Shown piece after piece: positions 48,067 through 51,512 of a stretch of DNA of 51,512 nucleotides. The notes below the pieces were generated by a model that was given only the letters and a program-made list of their open reading frames with translations, was not told the DNA's origin and made no database searches. The stretch's first letter is position 1. The number at the start of each line of letters is the position of its first letter. The stretch is taken from assembly GCA_041178085.1 (NCBI GenBank), contig JBEGVZ010000112.1:1-51512 (forward strand). The letters are read 5' to 3'. The position numbers and the translations under genes were made by a program. The stretch is from Pseudomonadota bacterium (GTDB lineage: Bacteria; Bdellovibrionota_B; Oligoflexia; Oligoflexales; RGVZ01).

Positions 48067-48939
48067 CGCCTGCTTCATGACTGCCATGGCCCAAACGCGC
48101 AGATCGCTGGCCAGCCTGGCAGTTTCCCGGGCCAAGTGAAGCTTTTGCTGTGCGTCAAGCGAAGCATGAATCGCCGACAAGGACTTGCGCCTCATTGCGC
48201 GGACACGAGACTTCATTTCCCTTGCCTGGCTGCCAAGGAAAGCATCCGGATTCGATGCGTAGGCGCGGCAATCCTCTGCCAACTTGACCGGGTTGGCACG
48301 ATTCCTCAAAAGCGAAGCCAGAAAAACCCCCTGCGCCTCACGAGAATAAGCAAGATAATCGCGTTCCCACTGGCCAGCCTGGTCTTTTTCTCCATCAATT
48401 TCTTCGATCAACTGCTTTTGACGCGTTGACAACAATCCGGTCCAGCGTTCAGTGCTGCTGACCTGATCCTCCCGCTTTTTACGGCGATATTGGGCAAGCC
48501 CGCCGTTTTTCTCCGGATCGTGTTCGTCATTCCGTTCCTCGATCTTTTCCTTGAGAAGTTCAACCTGGTCTGGCTCAAGTGAAGCCATCACTGGGGCAAA
48601 GGTGTCACAGGCTTCGACCAGTATCCCACGAACACTGCCTTCGATCTGTTCCGCGACCACCGAAGGATCAGAAACCTTGCCCGCCGATTCAATCAATCCG
48701 GCCAGTTCACCTAACCTGGATTCCGCAATCCGACGGGAGAATACGCGCAACTTCTCCGCAAACAAATCCTGCTGCTTGCGATCCAGATCCAGATAGCGCA
48801 CAGCCATGCGCCCGGCGAGCCATTCGTGGTTATCCAACAGGATCCGCCGCATCGAACAGCCGGATACCAGCACCACTGCCACCAGGATCAAAATGCGACT
48901 GATCCAGCGCTTACTTGTGTTTGAATACCTTGACGCCAT
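48058..48939 (-). CDS. DUF6279-like helical lipoprotein
   Basis: Lipobox LVSGC, then DNHEWL...YLDLDRKQQ, WTGLLSTRQ and LDAQQKLHL patterns. Start uncertain. Confidence 0.7.
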   Translation of the reverse strand: MASRYSNTSKRWISRILILVAVVLVSGCSMRRILLDNHEWLAGRMAVRYLDLDRKQQDLFAEKLRVFSRRIAESRLGELAGLIESAGKVSDPSVVAEQIEGSVRGILVEACDTFAPVMASLEPDQVELLKEKIEERNDEHDPEKNGGLAQYRRKKREDQVSSTERWTGLLSTRQKQLIEEIDGEKDQAGQWERDYLAYSREAQGVFLASLLRNRANPVKLAEDCRAYASNPDAFLGSQAREMKSRVRAMRRKSLSAIHASLDAQQKLHLARETARLASDLRVWAMAVMKQASP

Positions 48940-51280
48940 CCCAGCTATCATCCAGGTTCATGTCCTTCAGTTCCACAATCCGTTCAAGATAAAGGTTCGT
49001 TGCCTTGTCGTCCGGGCGGATGGTCATGCACTCCATGAATAGCTTTTGCGCCCTGGCCCAGTCGCGCCCAAGGTAAGCTTTGCGCGCTTCGTTGAAGCTA
49101 CCGGTAAATTCACGAAGCAGGGACTCCCGCCCCTGGCCCAGCGCATCGGGGCGCATCAATTCGTAGACCCTTACCGGCTCGAGCTTGCCCTTGACCCGGA
49201 TCGTATCAAGATCACGCAGGTGAAAATCCTTGCGCGAAATCTTCGCATAAGTCCGGTCGCTGAGCATGATCTTGATGCCGTATTCCTTGGTCAATCCCTC
49301 AAGGCGCGAACCTAGATTTACGTTGTCACCCATCACGGTATAGCAGAAACGCTCGTCCGAGCCCATGTTACCGACCGACATCGGACCCGTGTTGAGGCCG
49401 ATACCAATGTCCACAACAGGCAGCCCCATGCGCGGAAAATCCACCCGCAAACGGTCGAGCTCGTAAAGCATCTTCAAGGAGGCCTCACAGGCAATATCAG
49501 CCGTGTTCGGCAGTTCGACCGGCGCACCCCAGAACGCCATGATCGCATCGCCGATGAATTTGTCGACCACCCCCTTTGATTGAAGGATGATCTTCGTCAT
49601 GGGCGTGAAGTAGAGGTTCATCAACTCGCAAAGTTTTTCCGGCGACATCGATTCTGAAATGGTTGTGAAATCGCGCACGTCGCTGAAGAAGACTGTCAAT
49701 TCCTTCTTCTCGCCGCCCAGCTTCAAGGCATCAGGGTTGTCCAGCACCTGCTCAATGACGTCGGAACTCAGGTACATCGAGAAAGCGCCCTTAACTTTTT
49801 TCTTCTCGCGTTCCTCGGTCAGGTACCGGTAAGTGGTGATGATCAGGTAGATGCTGCCCGTCGTGAATATTGGAGCAGCCGCAGCCACCCATAAGCCCTT
49901 ACCAAACCAGAACATGCGATCAGCACCCAGGAAACCGAGCACGAGCAAAGCCGTGCCAGCTGCAGAGATGGAGGCAGGAAAGAAGCTGACCAGAATCGTG
50001 GTGAGCAATCCGATCGCGGCGATCCCGGCAAATTCGTAAAGGAAAATGGTAGATGGACGGCGCATGAACCGGCCCGAAATCACGTTATCGATAAAAGCGG
50101 CATGGTTTTCGACACCATCGATCACGGCGTCAAACGAGTTGGCACGGATATCGTTGATCCCTGTCGCAGTTGGTCCTGCGAGAAGCAGCCCCCCCTTGAG
50201 CTGCTCACGCTGCTCCGGAGTGAACGCGTTGTTTACGGCATCGACGAAACTGAAGTGCGGGAAGGTGACACGACCACCCAGATGGTTGATCATGGCCCGT
50301 CCGCCCCCAAATGGATCCACGGGCAAGGTGATGTAATCCGCAAGATCAGATGGATTGACCAGATTGATCTCTGTGATCCCTTGCTGGTCGAACAGCACAG
50401 CAGGTTCCCGCCCCAGGGCGCTGGCAGCCATCTTCAAGGCAAGACTGGGCATGAGGCGGCCGTCAACGTTCCGGACCAGGGTAATCCAGCGGATGATCCC
50501 ATCATGATCCGGGTCGTTATTGAAGAAAGCATGGTGATCGCTCGACTGGTTGATCAACGGGATATTTGCTGCAATCCCGGAAGAGCTGATCATGGGGTAA
50601 GAGGACACTTCCTTGCCAGGATGCAGCACCAATCCCTGGATTGACGAACCCGCCATCTGCTCGATTCCAGCAAATGGCTTGCTGCCTGCTGCTTCTGCCT
50701 CTTCCTTGGAGACATAATAGAAGTACCCAAGGATGACGTTCCCGAAGTCTTTGATGGCGCGCGCCAGACTGACGTCCCCGGGGCTCGGGCCGGAAGCTGC
50801 GCCTTGGATTTGTGCCCACTGACCGGCATCAAGCTTGCCGGATGCCGATGGCAACACGTCCGCCAGCAGTGTGCGTTCTGGCTCGCTCCACGTGATGTCC
50901 ATGCCCACCCAGCTGACGCCGGCGGCCTTGAGGTTCGCAAATGCTTTTTCATAAACCGTGCGCGGAAAAGGCCAACGCCCGATCGCGCGCACCGACTTCT
51001 CGTCGATCGCAAGGATGCCCACCTTTGACGCCGGCTTGAGCGGACCACGCATCCTGAACCTGACGTCGAGCACCTTCGCTTCTGCCACCTTCAAGGCTTC
51101 GACCCACACAGATTGCCGTTCAGTGACATACCCGAAATGGGTCCAGACAGCCGCGCCGGTCAGGAACAGCCCCAGCGACAGAGGAATGCCATGTTTGCGC
51201 AAGGCCGCGAGAGCATTGATTTTATTAAAACGCCCAGCCTTTGCGTTGGACCCACCTGATTGCCCGGATGTCGCTGCCAT
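48911..51280 (-). CDS. CHASE2-domain class III adenylate/guanylate cyclase
   Basis: CHASE2 (AIDEKS..GRWPFPR, DHDGIIR, GVENHA), three TM helices, catalytic FFSDVRDFT, VDKFIGDAIMAFW, GIGLNTG, YTVMGDNVNLGSRLE. The Lys/Thr pair suggests ATP specificity. Start 51280 or upstream (ORF extends to 51430). Confidence 0.93.
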   Translation of the reverse strand: MAATSGQSGGSNAKAGRFNKINALAALRKHGIPLSLGLFLTGAAVWTHFGYVTERQSVWVEALKVAEAKVLDVRFRMRGPLKPASKVGILAIDEKSVRAIGRWPFPRTVYEKAFANLKAAGVSWVGMDITWSEPERTLLADVLPSASGKLDAGQWAQIQGAASGPSPGDVSLARAIKDFGNVILGYFYYVSKEEAEAAGSKPFAGIEQMAGSSIQGLVLHPGKEVSSYPMISSSGIAANIPLINQSSDHHAFFNNDPDHDGIIRWITLVRNVDGRLMPSLALKMAASALGREPAVLFDQQGITEINLVNPSDLADYITLPVDPFGGGRAMINHLGGRVTFPHFSFVDAVNNAFTPEQREQLKGGLLLAGPTATGINDIRANSFDAVIDGVENHAAFIDNVISGRFMRRPSTIFLYEFAGIAAIGLLTTILVSFFPASISAAGTALLVLGFLGADRMFWFGKGLWVAAAAPIFTTGSIYLIITTYRYLTEEREKKKVKGAFSMYLSSDVIEQVLDNPDALKLGGEKKELTVFFSDVRDFTTISESMSPEKLCELMNLYFTPMTKIILQSKGVVDKFIGDAIMAFWGAPVELPNTADIACEASLKMLYELDRLRVDFPRMGLPVVDIGIGLNTGPMSVGNMGSDERFCYTVMGDNVNLGSRLEGLTKEYGIKIMLSDRTYAKISRKDFHLRDLDTIRVKGKLEPVRVYELMRPDALGQGRESLLREFTGSFNEARKAYLGRDWARAQKLFMECMTIRPDDKATNLYLERIVELKDMNLDDSWDGVKVFKHK

Positions 51281-51512
51281 GTCCTTGATCCTCGCTTGAA
51301 CTTCCGCTGTGGAATCGGCGGATTCGGCATGTATTTCGGCCAACCAGGGACAAAGTTCAGCAGGCCCGGCCATTCGGAGTTGCATGGCAACCAGCACTGG
51401 GATATCCAACCTGCTGGAAAGTTTCCCCAATCACAGGTATTTTGAGCCAGTTGGAGTTGGCAAGAAATTCCATCGCAGAGAGGGTGGGCGCGTGTTCGGA
51501 AACCTGTTTGGC

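Noticed and set aside
1..51512. CRISPR arrays, tRNA/rRNA genes, IS elements, prophage
   Set aside because: Intergenic gaps are short, and by eye I saw no spaced repeats, cloverleafs, transposase, integrase or phage genes.

Overview
A gene-dense, moderately GC-rich bacterial chromosome segment made up mostly of housekeeping genes. The gene set (Myxococcales-type PilZ protein, ~280-aa flagellin, CHASE2 adenylate cyclase, delta-type pyr genes) suggests Bdellovibrionota/Oligoflexia or another former Deltaproteobacterium; this is an inference. In order: the 3' end of a DUF5650-repeat protein gene; mnmA-rnc-der; mltG-PilZ; hmgA; a hypothetical plus a lipoprotein hydrolase; hflX-pgi; a 77-aa small gene behind a 1886-aa Ser/Thr kinase-STAND ATPase-TPR-GAF protein with a degenerate PP2C-like tail; pyk-PBP1A-LpoA-like-Omp85 converging on NlpC/P60-murI; gluQ-thiL-GNAT; an outer-membrane beta-barrel; a 55-aa basic protein missed by the ORF track, then archaeal-type coaBC and plsC; purE-purK-pyrB-pyrC-carA-carB; a flagellar cluster (fliC, GNAT, fliD, fliS, flgE); a BtuFCD-like ABC importer; a DUF6279-like lipoprotein; and a CHASE2 adenylate cyclase. 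I saw no rRNA, tRNA, CRISPR array, transposase, integrase or prophage. I cannot claim a clearly new multi-gene system. The best leads are the kinase/pseudo-phosphatase with its small neighbour, the peptidoglycan cluster with a six-cysteine NlpC/P60, the small basic protein, the archaeal-type CoaBC and the flagellin-linked GNAT. All assignments come from reading motifs by eye; no database searches were run.
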